Below are positions 28,794 through 38,192 of a DNA stretch of 64,000 bases, in pieces. Position numbers and translations under genes: made by a program. Source of the stretch: Candidatus Aenigmatarchaeota archaeon (GTDB taxonomy: Archaea; Aenigmatarchaeota; Aenigmatarchaeia; GW2011-AR5; JAHLMP01); NCBI GenBank assembly GCA_018920315.1, contig JAHLMP010000001.1:177049-241048 (forward strand), given 5' to 3'. Under the pieces are notes generated by a model. That model did not search any database. It saw nothing but the letters and a program-made list of their open reading frames with translations, and had not been told where the DNA came from. How positions within the stretch are numbered: the first letter of the stretch is position 1; the number at the start of each line of letters is the position of its first letter.

Positions 28794-29747
28794 ATGAAGA
28801 TTGTAAAAAAAGCTTACCTTGCTTCATTTCCTATTGGGCATATTGCTCTCGATGAAAGTGGTTCGCTAATTCTATTCAAAGATTTTAGAATAGATAAAAA
28901 TGAAGTTCTCGAAGAATTGAAAAAAATGGGATATGAAATTATAGAAAATGATTTCTCTAAAAGCATTGGAAGAAAAAAGATTAGAAGAATTGCAATTATG
29001 AGTGGTGCAGTAAAGGATGATAAAGAGTTCAATAAAATTTTAATTGAATTTGGCATAAAATTTAGCGAAAGTAGAATGAAGATAGAAAGAGAAAAGGTAA
29101 TAATAAGAGCTTACGATATTTTAAAAACAATTGAAAAATTTTATCAACCTTTAAAAGAAAGATTTAAAGAGCTTTGTTGGCTTTATAGCCCTACCACAAA
29201 ATTAAGTGATGAAAAATTAGAAAATATTTTGAATAAAATTAAAAACTCTAAATTTGAAGAAGAATTTGGAATAAAAATTCTAGATAAAGATAAGAAGATA
29301 TTAAAAGAATTGGGAGATTTCGTTTATTTATCTAAAAACATAAAAAATGAAATCGAAGAATATACAAAAGAGGAGATAAAACAAATTGCTCCAAATTTAT
29401 CTTATATTGCTGGCGAAGACATTGCGTTAATGCTTCTTTCCTATGCAGGTTCTCTAAAAAATCTTGCGAAGATGAGTGCTTCGACAATTCAATTATTGGG
29501 TAGTGAGAAGGCTTTATTTAGGCATTTGAAAAATAGAGAAAGGGTTAAACCACCAAAACACGGCTTAATTTATAATTCTCCATATATAAAAAATTCTCCT
29601 AAAGAATATCGTGGAAAGATTGCTAGAATTTTAGCATCTAAAATAGCTCTTGCTGTAAAAATAGATTTTTATTCTCAAAGAGATGAAAGAGAGAGATTAA
29701 AAAAAGAGTTGGAAGAAGAAATTTCAAAAGTGATGAAAAATGAATAA
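28794..29747 (+). CDS. nop5: Nop5 (Nop56/58) box C/D RNP core protein
   Basis: 317 aa with the Nop domain LAKMSASTIQLLGSEKALFRHL..PPKHGLIY. It overlaps the fibrillarin start. Confidence 0.9.
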   Translation: MKIVKKAYLASFPIGHIALDESGSLILFKDFRIDKNEVLEELKKMGYEIIENDFSKSIGRKKIRRIAIMSGAVKDDKEFNKILIEFGIKFSESRMKIEREKVIIRAYDILKTIEKFYQPLKERFKELCWLYSPTTKLSDEKLENILNKIKNSKFEEEFGIKILDKDKKILKELGDFVYLSKNIKNEIEEYTKEEIKQIAPNLSYIAGEDIALMLLSYAGSLKNLAKMSASTIQLLGSEKALFRHLKNRERVKPPKHGLIYNSPYIKNSPKEYRGKIARILASKIALAVKIDFYSQRDERERLKKELEEEISKVMKNE

Positions 29748-30420
29748 AGAGGAAATTACGATAAAAAGTAGAAATGAAAAAGAAAGTTTGATTGAGTTAT
29801 TTGATAATGTATTTTTTGATAATGAAGAGAAGAAAATTTATACCAAATATACTACAAAAAGCTCAGAAGAATTGCGAGAATGGGATCCATATAGAAGCAA
29901 AATAGCAGCAGCAATATTAAATGGATTAAAAAATTTTCCATTTAAGAGAGGTTGTAAAATTTTGTATTTGGGTGTTTCTACAGGGACGACATGTTCGCAC
30001 ATAAGCGATATAATAAGTAGTGATGGAATAATCTATGGCGTAGACTTTGCTGAACGTGTGTTTTACTTATTTTTAGATTTAGCTAAGAAGAGAAATAACA
30101 TTGTCCCTATATTTGCAGATGCAAGATTGCCTAATAATTATTTCTGGGTTGAAGAGGTTGACATTGTTTATTGCGATATAGCACAACCAGACGAAATAGA
30201 TATTGCGATAAGAAATGCAGAGATATTTCTTAAGAAAGATGGACATCTAATCATAGCGATAAAATCTAGAAGTATAGATGTTACGAAAGAGCCGGAAATT
30301 ATATATAAAAATGAGATAAATAAACTTGAAGAAAATGGCTATAAAATATTAGAATTGATAAATTTAGAACCCTATGAAGATTCTCATGCTTTAGTTGTTT
30401 GTATTAAAAATAAGGAGTAA
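29740..30420 (+). CDS. flpA: Fibrillarin (rRNA/tRNA 2'-O-methyltransferase)
   Basis: 226 aa with REWDPYRSKIAAAI, ILYLGVSTGTTCSH and VYCDIAQPD. Confidence 0.95.
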   Translation: MNKEEITIKSRNEKESLIELFDNVFFDNEEKKIYTKYTTKSSEELREWDPYRSKIAAAILNGLKNFPFKRGCKILYLGVSTGTTCSHISDIISSDGIIYGVDFAERVFYLFLDLAKKRNNIVPIFADARLPNNYFWVEEVDIVYCDIAQPDEIDIAIRNAEIFLKKDGHLIIAIKSRSIDVTKEPEIIYKNEINKLEENGYKILELINLEPYEDSHALVVCIKNKE

Positions 30421-30449
30421 ATTTAACATTTATTAAAAATCTATAAAAA

Positions 30450-31550
30450 TTATTTTACTTCTATCAATTTTTCTTTCGAAGATATTTGTTTTATTTTTTC
30501 TTTGAATAGATCAAATTCCTCCCTACTTATCAAGCCTCCTGCAGCAAGTTTATGTCCACCAGTTATTGCTGTTCTGAAATCTTTACTAGCTTCTTTTAAT
30601 AATCGATTTATATCTATCTTACCACTTTGGTTTCTTACTGAAAATTTCACTTTGTTTCTACTTACCTCCCATAAGAAAATTATCTTGTTAGGATAAATTT
30701 CTGAAAGTTTCGTAGAAATTACTGAACGCAAATTATATTTTGACTTAATTTCATAAAATAATATATTTTCTGTTATTTCCGCATTATTTTTTATACTTGC
30801 AAGTATGCCTACAATCTCATTTTGTACCCTTTCATAATATTCTATCATCTCTCTTCTTTGCTCTATTTCTTTTATATTGTCCATGCTTTCTATAATCTTC
30901 GCAATTTTTTCTGAAGAGATATGCGATGCTCTCATTGCAGTTATTATATCACTAGCCTTACCAAATATAGAATTAATGAAATTTTTCTTTATATCTCCTT
31001 GTATAAACTCTTGGTAAAGATTTTTTCCTTCTTCTATCAAATCTAAGGAATTGTTTATATTATAATCTCCTGCTATTCCTATAAGTGAAATCCACAAATA
31101 ATTTTTCATATCGATTATTTTCGAGCATAATTTATATATTAAATATGACGTAGATTGATAAACATCCTTTTCAAGAAGTGGATTATAATATATGATTCTT
31201 TTAAAATTTATCATATTTGTGATTTGATGGTGATCTATTACCAAAGTTTCACTTATTCCTTCTAATCTTCTACATAGATTTTTCTCTTGATCTATAGCCA
31301 AGTCTAATACTATTATTTTTGTTGGAATTGCTAACTTAATCCTTTGTATTAATGTTTTTGTAAGCGGCATTGGCTGAGAAATTATGAAATCACTTGATTT
31401 TCCAATTCTTTCTTTTAAAAATTTATTTATTAGAACGCAGCTGCAAATACCATCTGTATCGTTGTGAAATATTGTTGTTATTATATCTTTTTCTGTGATA
31501 TTTCTTAGAAATTCTATTGCATTTTTCTCTCTTATTTCAAGATTTTTCAT
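30450..31550 (-). CDS. DHH/DHHA1 phosphoesterase (NrnA/RecJ-like)
   Basis: 366 aa with HNDTDGICS, IDHHQ and GGHKLAAGG motifs. Confidence 0.75.
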   Translation of the reverse strand: MKNLEIREKNAIEFLRNITEKDIITTIFHNDTDGICSCVLINKFLKERIGKSSDFIISQPMPLTKTLIQRIKLAIPTKIIVLDLAIDQEKNLCRRLEGISETLVIDHHQITNMINFKRIIYYNPLLEKDVYQSTSYLIYKLCSKIIDMKNYLWISLIGIAGDYNINNSLDLIEEGKNLYQEFIQGDIKKNFINSIFGKASDIITAMRASHISSEKIAKIIESMDNIKEIEQRREMIEYYERVQNEIVGILASIKNNAEITENILFYEIKSKYNLRSVISTKLSEIYPNKIIFLWEVSRNKVKFSVRNQSGKIDINRLLKEASKDFRTAITGGHKLAAGGLISREEFDLFKEKIKQISSKEKLIEVK

Positions 31551-31809
31551 ATCTTTTCAATATAATTCTTAAATTTAAGTTGTTTATTTTCTGTGTATAA
31601 AATTATTACCTTATAGTTATTAATTATCCTCGCAGCTTTACTTTTGCTCCTTTTATTAAAACTCTTGATATAATTATTAGAATTTTATTTCGACAATAAG
31701 TAAATTACCGATTCTAAATATTTAAATTATTTAATTTCTATTCTGTAGTAACATTACCTCATATTGAAACTAGTAAGAATATAAAAATCGACTTTTAAAT
31801 GGTGAGAAA

Positions 31810-32847
31810 ATGAAAGAAGTTGGAATCATAGGTTATGGTGCTTATATTCCAAAATATAGAATAAAGGTAGAAGAGATTGCAAGAATATGGGGAGGAGAAA
31901 TTCCTCAGTTAGGCGTAAATGAAAAAGCTGTAGCTGACATAGATGAAGATACTGTAACGATTGGAGTAGAAGCTGCTAAAAATGCTCTGAAAAGAGCTCA
32001 AATAAATCCTAATGAAATTACTGCTATATTCGTTGGTTCAGAATCTCATCCATATGTAGTAAAGCCAAGCGGAACTACGGTTGCCGAAGCAATAGGAGCT
32101 TCACAAAATCTATTTTGTGCAGATCTGGAATTTGCATGTAAAGCTGGGACCGCTGCTATGCAAATTTGCTATGCAATGATAAAGGCTGAGATGATAAGAT
32201 ATGGCTTAGCAATAGGCGCTGACTGTGCACAATCAAGGCCAGGCGACGCTTTAGAATTTACCGCTGGTTCTGGTGGTGCAGCCTTTATACTTGGAGATGA
32301 AAAGGAAGCTTTAGCAAAAATAGAAGCAACAACAAGCTTTGCTACAGATACTCCAGACTTTTTTAGAGTAGAGGGAGAATTTTATCCTAAGCATGCAGGA
32401 AGGTTTACAGGAGAACCAGCGTATTTTAAACATGTAATAACTGCGACAAAAAATCTTTTCGAAGCAACGGGCTTTACTATAAATGATTTTGATTATGTAG
32501 TTTTTCATATGCCAAATGGAAAATTTCCTTTAAAGGCTGCTAGAGAATTGGGAATTCCAAAAGAGAAATTGGAAAAAAGCTTAGAGATTGTAAGAAATAT
32601 AGGAAATACCTATTCTGGCTCTTCTCTTCTTGGGCTTTGCAATGTTTTAGATATTGCAAAACCAAACGAAAGAATATTGTTAACTTCCTATGGTAGTGGA
32701 GCTGGTTCTGACTCATTCTCAATTATTGTTAAAGAAAAGATAGAAGAAAAGAGAAATCTTGCTCCATTAACAAGCTATTATTTAAACAAAAAAGAATATA
32801 TCGATTATGGAATTTATGTGAAACTTAGAAGAAAGCTTCGACTATAA
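31810..32847 (+). CDS. Archaeal HMG-CoA synthase
   Basis: 345 aa. [15 protein letters not shown], the catalytic Cys context ([11 protein letters not shown]) and the FHMPNGKF and NTYSGS regions are present. Confidence 0.85.
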   Translation: MKEVGIIGYGAYIPKYRIKVEEIARIWGGEIPQLGVNEKAVADIDEDTVTIGVEAAKNALKRAQINPNEITAIFVGSESHPYVVKPSGTTVAEAIGASQNLFCADLEFACKAGTAAMQICYAMIKAEMIRYGLAIGADCAQSRPGDALEFTAGSGGAAFILGDEKEALAKIEATTSFATDTPDFFRVEGEFYPKHAGRFTGEPAYFKHVITATKNLFEATGFTINDFDYVVFHMPNGKFPLKAARELGIPKEKLEKSLEIVRNIGNTYSGSSLLGLCNVLDIAKPNERILLTSYGSGAGSDSFSIIVKEKIEEKRNLAPLTSYYLNKKEYIDYGIYVKLRRKLRL

Positions 32848-32931
32848 TTTTATCGCTGAGTTTAAGTAAAGAAAAGTATTTAAATTTTCGATGTTTTTGA
32901 TGTAATAAATACTTATTATGAGTTGATAAAA

Positions 32932-33231
32932 ATGAATATGATATACGCCGCGTTATTGCTTCATTCAGCTAAAAAAGAGATAAATGAAGAGAATTTGAAA
33001 AAAATTGCAAAAGCGATAGAAGAAAATGTTGATGAAGCTCAAATAAAGGCTTTAGTAGCAGCGCTTGAAGGTGTTAACATAGATGAAGCAATAAGAGGTG
33101 CAAATTTTCCTGTTGCAACTAGTGTAACAGCTACACAAACTGCTGAAGAAAAGAAAGAAGAAAAGAAAGAAGAAGAAACTGAAAAGAAAGCAGAAGAAGC
33201 TGCCGCAGCATTATCATCTCTTTTCGGATGA
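32932..33231 (+). CDS. rpl12: 50S ribosomal stalk protein P1 (L12e)
   Basis: [19 protein letters not shown] plus an acidic/Ala tail ending ALSSLFG. Confidence 0.9.
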   Translation: MNMIYAALLLHSAKKEINEENLKKIAKAIEENVDEAQIKALVAALEGVNIDEAIRGANFPVATSVTATQTAEEKKEEKKEEETEKKAEEAAAALSSLFG

Positions 33232-33243
33232 TTTTTTATATTT

Positions 33244-35007
33244 TCATTTACTATACTCTTCGTTTTGAATTAAAATTGCCTTTATTCTTCTTATTCCAGC
33301 GCCGACTCCTTCTTCCTTTATTATTTTAAATTTACCTAATTTTGAAGTATTATCTACATGAGGTCCTCCGCAAATTTCTTTTGAATAATCTCCTATCATA
33401 TAAACAGAAACTATCTTGCCATACTTTTCTTCAAAAAATCCTAAAGCTTTTATCTTTTTTGCCTCTTCTAAAGGCATGTCAACGCGTTTTACTTCTAAAC
33501 CTTCTTTTATCTTTTCATTAACAATTTTTTCAACCTTTTCTATTTCTTCCTTTGTTAATTTTTTATCATGGGTGAAGTCGAATCTTAATCTTTCTGAAGT
33601 TATATTACTTCCAACTTGTCTTACATGATCGCCCAAAACTTCTCTCAAGGCTTGATGCAACAAGTGCGTTGCAGTATGATACTTCTTTGAAATTTCGCTT
33701 GCGTCTAATAAACCACCTTTGAACATTCCTTTTGCTGCAGTTCTACTTAATTCCTGATGTTTTTTATATTCTTCTTTAAATCCTTCCTCATCAATTTCAA
33801 TCCTTCTTTCTCTTGCTATTTCTTTTGTAAGCTCCAAAGGGAATCCAAATGATTGATACAAAAGAAAAGCATTCTTTCCATTAATATAATTTTCTTTTTC
33901 TACGATCTTTTCAAAGAAGTTTAATCCACGTTCTAAAGTCTTCTCAAATCTTTTTGTTTCATCCCGTAGGGTATCGATTATAAAACTTTTTTTGCTTATC
34001 AATTCTGGATAATCTTCATGATATATGCTTATAACTACTCTTGCGAGTTCTGATAATAAAGAGACATCGCATTTGATAACGTAGCAAGACCTTATTGCTC
34101 TTCTTATCAATCTTCTTAAAACATAGCCACGCTCAACATTCGATGGAAGTAAACCCTCGCTTAAAGCAAACACTGATGCTCTTATATGGTCTGCAATTAT
34201 TCTTTCATGTTTGATATCCTTTATTTTAGAATTTTTTCTGATTTTTTCTATAATAGGTAAGAATAACTCTGTATCATAAACATTATCCTTGCCTTGAAGT
34301 ATTGCAGTTGTTCTTTCTACTCCCATGCCTGTATCAACATTTTTTTGTTTTAATAGTTCATAACCATTTTCTGTCTTATTATATTCCATAAAAACAAGAT
34401 TCCATATCTCAAAATACTTTCCACATTTGCAACCTGGTTTACAATCTTTGGAACATTTCTCTTTTCCTGTGTCAAAGAATATTTCAGTATCTGGACCGCA
34501 AGGCCCCCTTTCTCCTACAGGACCCCACCAGTTGTCTTTCTTTGGATTTAAGAATATCCTTCTTTCAGGAATTCCTAATGATTTCCAAATTCTTATGGCT
34601 TCGTTATCTCTAGGAGCATCGCTATCACCCTCAAAAACTGTAACGCTCAATCTATTTACATCTATTTTTAGAAACTTTGCCAAAAATTCGAATGCAAATT
34701 CTATTGCTTCTTTTTTAAAATAATCTCCTAAACTCCAATTTCCAAGCATCTCGAAAAATGTATTATGAAAAGCATCGCCAACATCGTCGATATCATCTGT
34801 TCTTAGGCATTTTTGAACGTTTACCAATCTTTTGCCAGCCGGGTGTGGCTCACCAAGCAAATATGGCACTAAAGGATGCATTCCAGCAGTAGTAAATAAT
34901 ACAGTTGGATCATTTTCTGGAATTAATGGAGCGGATTTTATTTCAATATGGCCTTTACTTTTAAAAAACTCTATATATTTTCTTTTAAGCTCCCTTGCGG
35001 TAATCAT
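33244..35007 (-). CDS. alaS: Alanyl-tRNA synthetase, bacterial-type catalytic core plus editing domain, lacking a C-Ala domain
   Basis: NDPTVLFTTAGMHPLVPY, FFEMLGNWSLGDYFK, GPCGPDTEIF, VDTGMGVERT. The editing domain carries HTATHLLHQALREVLG and CGGPH. About 587 aa from the MITARELK start. The ORF track extends 15 codons upstream. Confidence 0.9.
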   Translation of the reverse strand: MITARELKRKYIEFFKSKGHIEIKSAPLIPENDPTVLFTTAGMHPLVPYLLGEPHPAGKRLVNVQKCLRTDDIDDVGDAFHNTFFEMLGNWSLGDYFKKEAIEFAFEFLAKFLKIDVNRLSVTVFEGDSDAPRDNEAIRIWKSLGIPERRIFLNPKKDNWWGPVGERGPCGPDTEIFFDTGKEKCSKDCKPGCKCGKYFEIWNLVFMEYNKTENGYELLKQKNVDTGMGVERTTAILQGKDNVYDTELFLPIIEKIRKNSKIKDIKHERIIADHIRASVFALSEGLLPSNVERGYVLRRLIRRAIRSCYVIKCDVSLLSELARVVISIYHEDYPELISKKSFIIDTLRDETKRFEKTLERGLNFFEKIVEKENYINGKNAFLLYQSFGFPLELTKEIARERRIEIDEEGFKEEYKKHQELSRTAAKGMFKGGLLDASEISKKYHTATHLLHQALREVLGDHVRQVGSNITSERLRFDFTHDKKLTKEEIEKVEKIVNEKIKEGLEVKRVDMPLEEAKKIKALGFFEEKYGKIVSVYMIGDYSKEICGGPHVDNTSKLGKFKIIKEEGVGAGIRRIKAILIQNEEYSK

Positions 35008-35030
35008 TACTATTCTCACCCATATGAAAT

Positions 35031-35456
35031 TTACGAAGTAACATTTATGCATTCTAAACTTGAGTAAACCAAAATTTCGCAGAGATTTTTTATTATATTT
35101 TCTCTAGTTAAACTATCTTTATCTATAACTCTTTCACCATTATAACTTTTCATTACAATTTTCTCTTCACTACTATTTCTTTCTTTTACCACTACTTGAA
35201 TTTCACCAAAATTTGTTGTATATTTTTCAGGAATCGTTTTTACAAAATCTATAATATTTTGCATTTCGCTTCCATACTGATTATTTGAATTGTAATAAAT
35301 TGAAATTATTGTTATGCCTCTTCTAAGATATTCTATTTCCTCTTCTTCTCTATTTTCTCTTGGAGCAAACCACATAACTAATGGATAAGATAATATTGAA
35401 AGTAACATTATTCCAGCTAATAACATCGAGGCTATCACACTTCTTTTCATTTTCAT
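35031..35456 (-). CDS. Hypothetical membrane-anchored protein
   Basis: 141 aa with one N-terminal TM helix. I recognise no family. Confidence 0.4.
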   Translation of the reverse strand: MKMKRSVIASMLLAGIMLLSILSYPLVMWFAPRENREEEEIEYLRRGITIISIYYNSNNQYGSEMQNIIDFVKTIPEKYTTNFGEIQVVVKERNSSEEKIVMKSYNGERVIDKDSLTRENIIKNLCEILVYSSLECINVTS

Positions 35457-35493
35457 AAAGATAAAGTTCTAAAATAAGAAATTAAACTTTTTA

Positions 35494-35577
35494 TAGCCCC
35501 GCTCGGATTCTCGAAAAATTCGAACCGAGGTCAGCTGGTCCAGAGCCAGCTATGCTTGACCGCTACACCACGGGGCT
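35494..35577 (-). tRNA. tRNA-Gln (anticodon CUG) with an 11-nt T-loop intron
   Basis: The reverse complement reads AGCCCCGTGGTGTAGCGGTCAAGCATA-GCTGG-CTCTGGA-CCAGC-TGAC-CTCGG-TTCGAA[tttttcgagaa]T-CCGAG-CGGGGCT-A. The intron occupies 35508-35518. Confidence 0.9.
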
Positions 35578-35639
35578 TTAATTTAACTTAAGAAAACCAA
35601 ACTTAAATTTTATATTATTAATGAGCTAAATAAATATCA

Positions 35640-35984
35640 ATGAAAAAGCCAAAAATAGAAGAAGTTGAATTTGGAAAAATTAAAATAGATGGAAAAGAGT
35701 ATGGAGCAGAGAATGATATAATATTATTTTGGGACGGTAAAATTGAAAAGAAAGAAAAATCTCATTTTATTTCTGAAAAAGATTTTAAGAATATATTGGA
35801 AAGAAATCCTGAAATAGTAATTATAAGTACAGGTTTTCATGATTGTGTAAAGATAGATAAATCAATAGATGTAATCGCGAGAATGCATAATGTAAAATTA
35901 TTTAAATTAAAAACATTGGACGCATGCAAGAAATTTAATGAATTAGAGGGAAAAATAGCAATATTTATTCATCCTACATGCTAA
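35640..35984 (+). CDS. Mth938-like (DUF498) domain protein
   Basis: 114 aa. Pattern FGKIKIDGKEY..DIILF...PEIVIISTG...KLKTLDACKKFNEL fits the Mth938 fold family. Confidence 0.5.
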   Translation: MKKPKIEEVEFGKIKIDGKEYGAENDIILFWDGKIEKKEKSHFISEKDFKNILERNPEIVIISTGFHDCVKIDKSIDVIARMHNVKLFKLKTLDACKKFNELEGKIAIFIHPTC

Positions 35985-36026
35985 ATCGTTTATCTTATTG
36001 TGATTTTGTTTTAAATTTTAAAGCAA

Positions 36027-36569
36027 CTATATGCTTCTCAATTTTCTTTCTAATATGCTAATAGCTCTTTTTACATCGCCGAAAGATTTTGCTCCTGCAC
36101 AAACTATTCTTCCTGAAGAAAATAGAAGAAATGCGACCTTCGGTTCAAATAATCTATAAACTAACCCAGGAAACTGCTCTGGTTCGTATTCGCTTGCTTC
36201 TAACGAAAATGCTAACTCATCTAGGTTTAGCTCCTTTTCAAGATTAACAGTTACAACTATATTTTCTATCTTTATCTTCAATTTTTTCTCGTCAACTCTA
36301 ACACCAGCCTTCTTTATCTTTTTTACGATTTCCATAATAGCTTTTTTAACTTCTGGCACAGAGCGAGCACCAACGCATATTATTTTTCCAGAGCGAAAGA
36401 TCAATGATGCTGCTCTTGGCTCTTTCAATCTATAAACTAACCCAGGAAACTGCTCTGGTTCGTATTCGCTTGCTTCTAAAACTGTAAGTAGTTTGTCAAG
36501 TGGCAATTGCTTGTCGATATTTGTAGAAGCTACAACATTTTCTATTATTATTTTTTTATGTTCTGCCAT
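36027..36569 (-). CDS. tbp: TATA-box binding protein
   Basis: 180 aa with two TBP repeats, each containing YEPEQFPGLVYRL and SGKIxCxGAxS. Confidence 0.95.
   Translation of the reverse strand: MAEHKKIIIENVVASTNIDKQLPLDKLLTVLEASEYEPEQFPGLVYRLKEPRAASLIFRSGKIICVGARSVPEVKKAIMEIVKKIKKAGVRVDEKKLKIKIENIVVTVNLEKELNLDELAFSLEASEYEPEQFPGLVYRLFEPKVAFLLFSSGRIVCAGAKSFGDVKRAISILERKLRSI
36151..36203. repeat. 53-nt perfect direct repeat, copy 1 (inside TBP C-terminal repeat)
   Basis: aatctataaactaacccaggaaactgctctggttcgtattcgcttgcttctaa is identical to 36427-36479, which lies 276 nt (92 codons) away. Confidence 0.9.
36427..36479. repeat. 53-nt perfect direct repeat, copy 2 (inside TBP N-terminal repeat)
   Basis: Identical to 36151-36203. 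The flanking DNA on both sides is diverged. Confidence 0.9.
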
Positions 36570-36617
36570 TTGTTCACCTCTTCTTATTTATGAAAGTAAA
36601 AATATTTAAGAAAATAT

Positions 36618-38180
36618 TTAAGATTGTTTCTCAGTCTCTTCTAATTTTTCTTTTCCAATCTTTTTTTCAATCATTTCAAAAATCTTTCTCCTAACTTCAT
36701 CAAATTTTCTTTCGGTTAGATAGCTTATCGAGCTTGCTACCTCATTGCCATATCTATAAAATATTTCCATTCTTCTTTTTGCTTGATATGCTTTTCTTTT
36801 TCCACTTAGATATATTGCGAGTTTTCTTGCAACTTGTTGAATTGCTAGCTTTATTTCTTTTACAATCTCTGGGTAAGATGCTATAGCGTTTTTACTTTCA
36901 GAAACGAAAGGCACCCAAACAGAGCAAACATGAACAACTAACTTTAGCGAAGCATTTGGTATTCCTTGTATTTCTTCAATTCCATATCTTTTCCAATCTA
37001 TTTCTTTTACAGCCTCTGTAATTGCACAAGCCCCTTGTTGATAAATTAATGGTACTTTATTAGCAAATCTTATAAGCTCGAACTCTTGCGAGTCTTTTGT
37101 CCCATAAACTACTCCTGCCTCAACTATAAATGGAAAGCCTCTATAAACTTCTGGTTCTCTTGTGATTGATGCTATAAACTCTGCATCAGGAAACATCCTT
37201 TTTAAACTTCTATTTAATTCTTCTTCACCTATAGGAGATAGACAATCTATTGGTGGTCTTTGAATTTTAACTTTTTGCATCGCTTCAAGTAATTTCTCTA
37301 CATCCTTTTTCTCAAGACTCTGTGGCTTAGCCTCTGGGCTAAGCTTAGCCAATTTGCAAATTTCTCTTGCAGTTTTTTCTCCTACTGAGCAAAATTCATT
37401 GATTAAAAAGCCTAGCAAATTTCTAGATTTTGTTTCAGATATTAGTCTAACTAGAGTCCAAAACTCTACACCATAAGGATGCGGCTTTATTTCTTTTGCT
37501 TGTTTTGGAAGAGAATTTGTGCTTCTTTCAAATACAATTCTTTCCTCGTGTGGCGGATAGAATATTATTCTTGCAAATGGATTGGAAAGTGATGTATATT
37601 TTAAATATGTTTCCACTTGTTTTCTATATTTTCCTACTAAAGTGACTTCTACTTTAGTTCCTCTTTCTTTTATACCATTATTAATATATTCTTCTTTTTC
37701 AATTATAGGGTCGTTTTTCTTTGTATCTATAAGGATTTCGTAATAATATGTAGGCTTATTTGGCGATGTTCTGCTCCATATCTTTGTTGGTGTTCCAGTA
37801 GTGAGCTGAGAATAAAGTACAGTTGTTGAAATTCCTAGACCTTGTTGTCCTCTGTTTTGCTTTATTTTATGGAATTTAGAGCCATAGAGCAATTTTCCAA
37901 AAACTCTAGGTATATTCTCTTTCACTATTCCTGGTCCATTGTCTTCAACACTAACAGAGTAAACATTTTCTTCTTTCAATTCTTTTATTTTAACTACAAT
38001 CTCTGGAAGTATTCCAGCCTCTTCACAAGCATCTAAAGAGTTATCTACAGCTTCTTTTACTGCCATAACCAAAGCTTTTACTGGATTGTCAAACCCTAAA
38101 AGATGTTTGTTTTTTTCAAAAAACTCGCTTACTGATATTTCTCTAATATCTTTTGCAAGCTCTTCGGCTGTTTTTTTCAT
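36618..38180 (-). CDS. top6B: DNA topoisomerase VI subunit B
   Basis: 520 aa. The GHKL ATPase carries EAVDNSLDA, VEDNGPGI and GQQGLGIS, followed by H2TH and transducer regions. Confidence 0.9.
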   Translation of the reverse strand: MKKTAEELAKDIREISVSEFFEKNKHLLGFDNPVKALVMAVKEAVDNSLDACEEAGILPEIVVKIKELKEENVYSVSVEDNGPGIVKENIPRVFGKLLYGSKFHKIKQNRGQQGLGISTTVLYSQLTTGTPTKIWSRTSPNKPTYYYEILIDTKKNDPIIEKEEYINNGIKERGTKVEVTLVGKYRKQVETYLKYTSLSNPFARIIFYPPHEERIVFERSTNSLPKQAKEIKPHPYGVEFWTLVRLISETKSRNLLGFLINEFCSVGEKTAREICKLAKLSPEAKPQSLEKKDVEKLLEAMQKVKIQRPPIDCLSPIGEEELNRSLKRMFPDAEFIASITREPEVYRGFPFIVEAGVVYGTKDSQEFELIRFANKVPLIYQQGACAITEAVKEIDWKRYGIEEIQGIPNASLKLVVHVCSVWVPFVSESKNAIASYPEIVKEIKLAIQQVARKLAIYLSGKRKAYQAKRRMEIFYRYGNEVASSISYLTERKFDEVRRKIFEMIEKKIGKEKLEETEKQS

Positions 38181-38192
38181 TTTATCTACCTT

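Noticed and set aside
31551-31809. The longest intergenic spacer (about 260 nt) as a candidate ncRNA or small-protein locus.
   Set aside because: It has no GC-rich or structured segment, no ORF longer than a few codons on either strand, and no repeats. It looks like a divergent promoter region between the DHH phosphoesterase and HMG-CoA synthase genes.
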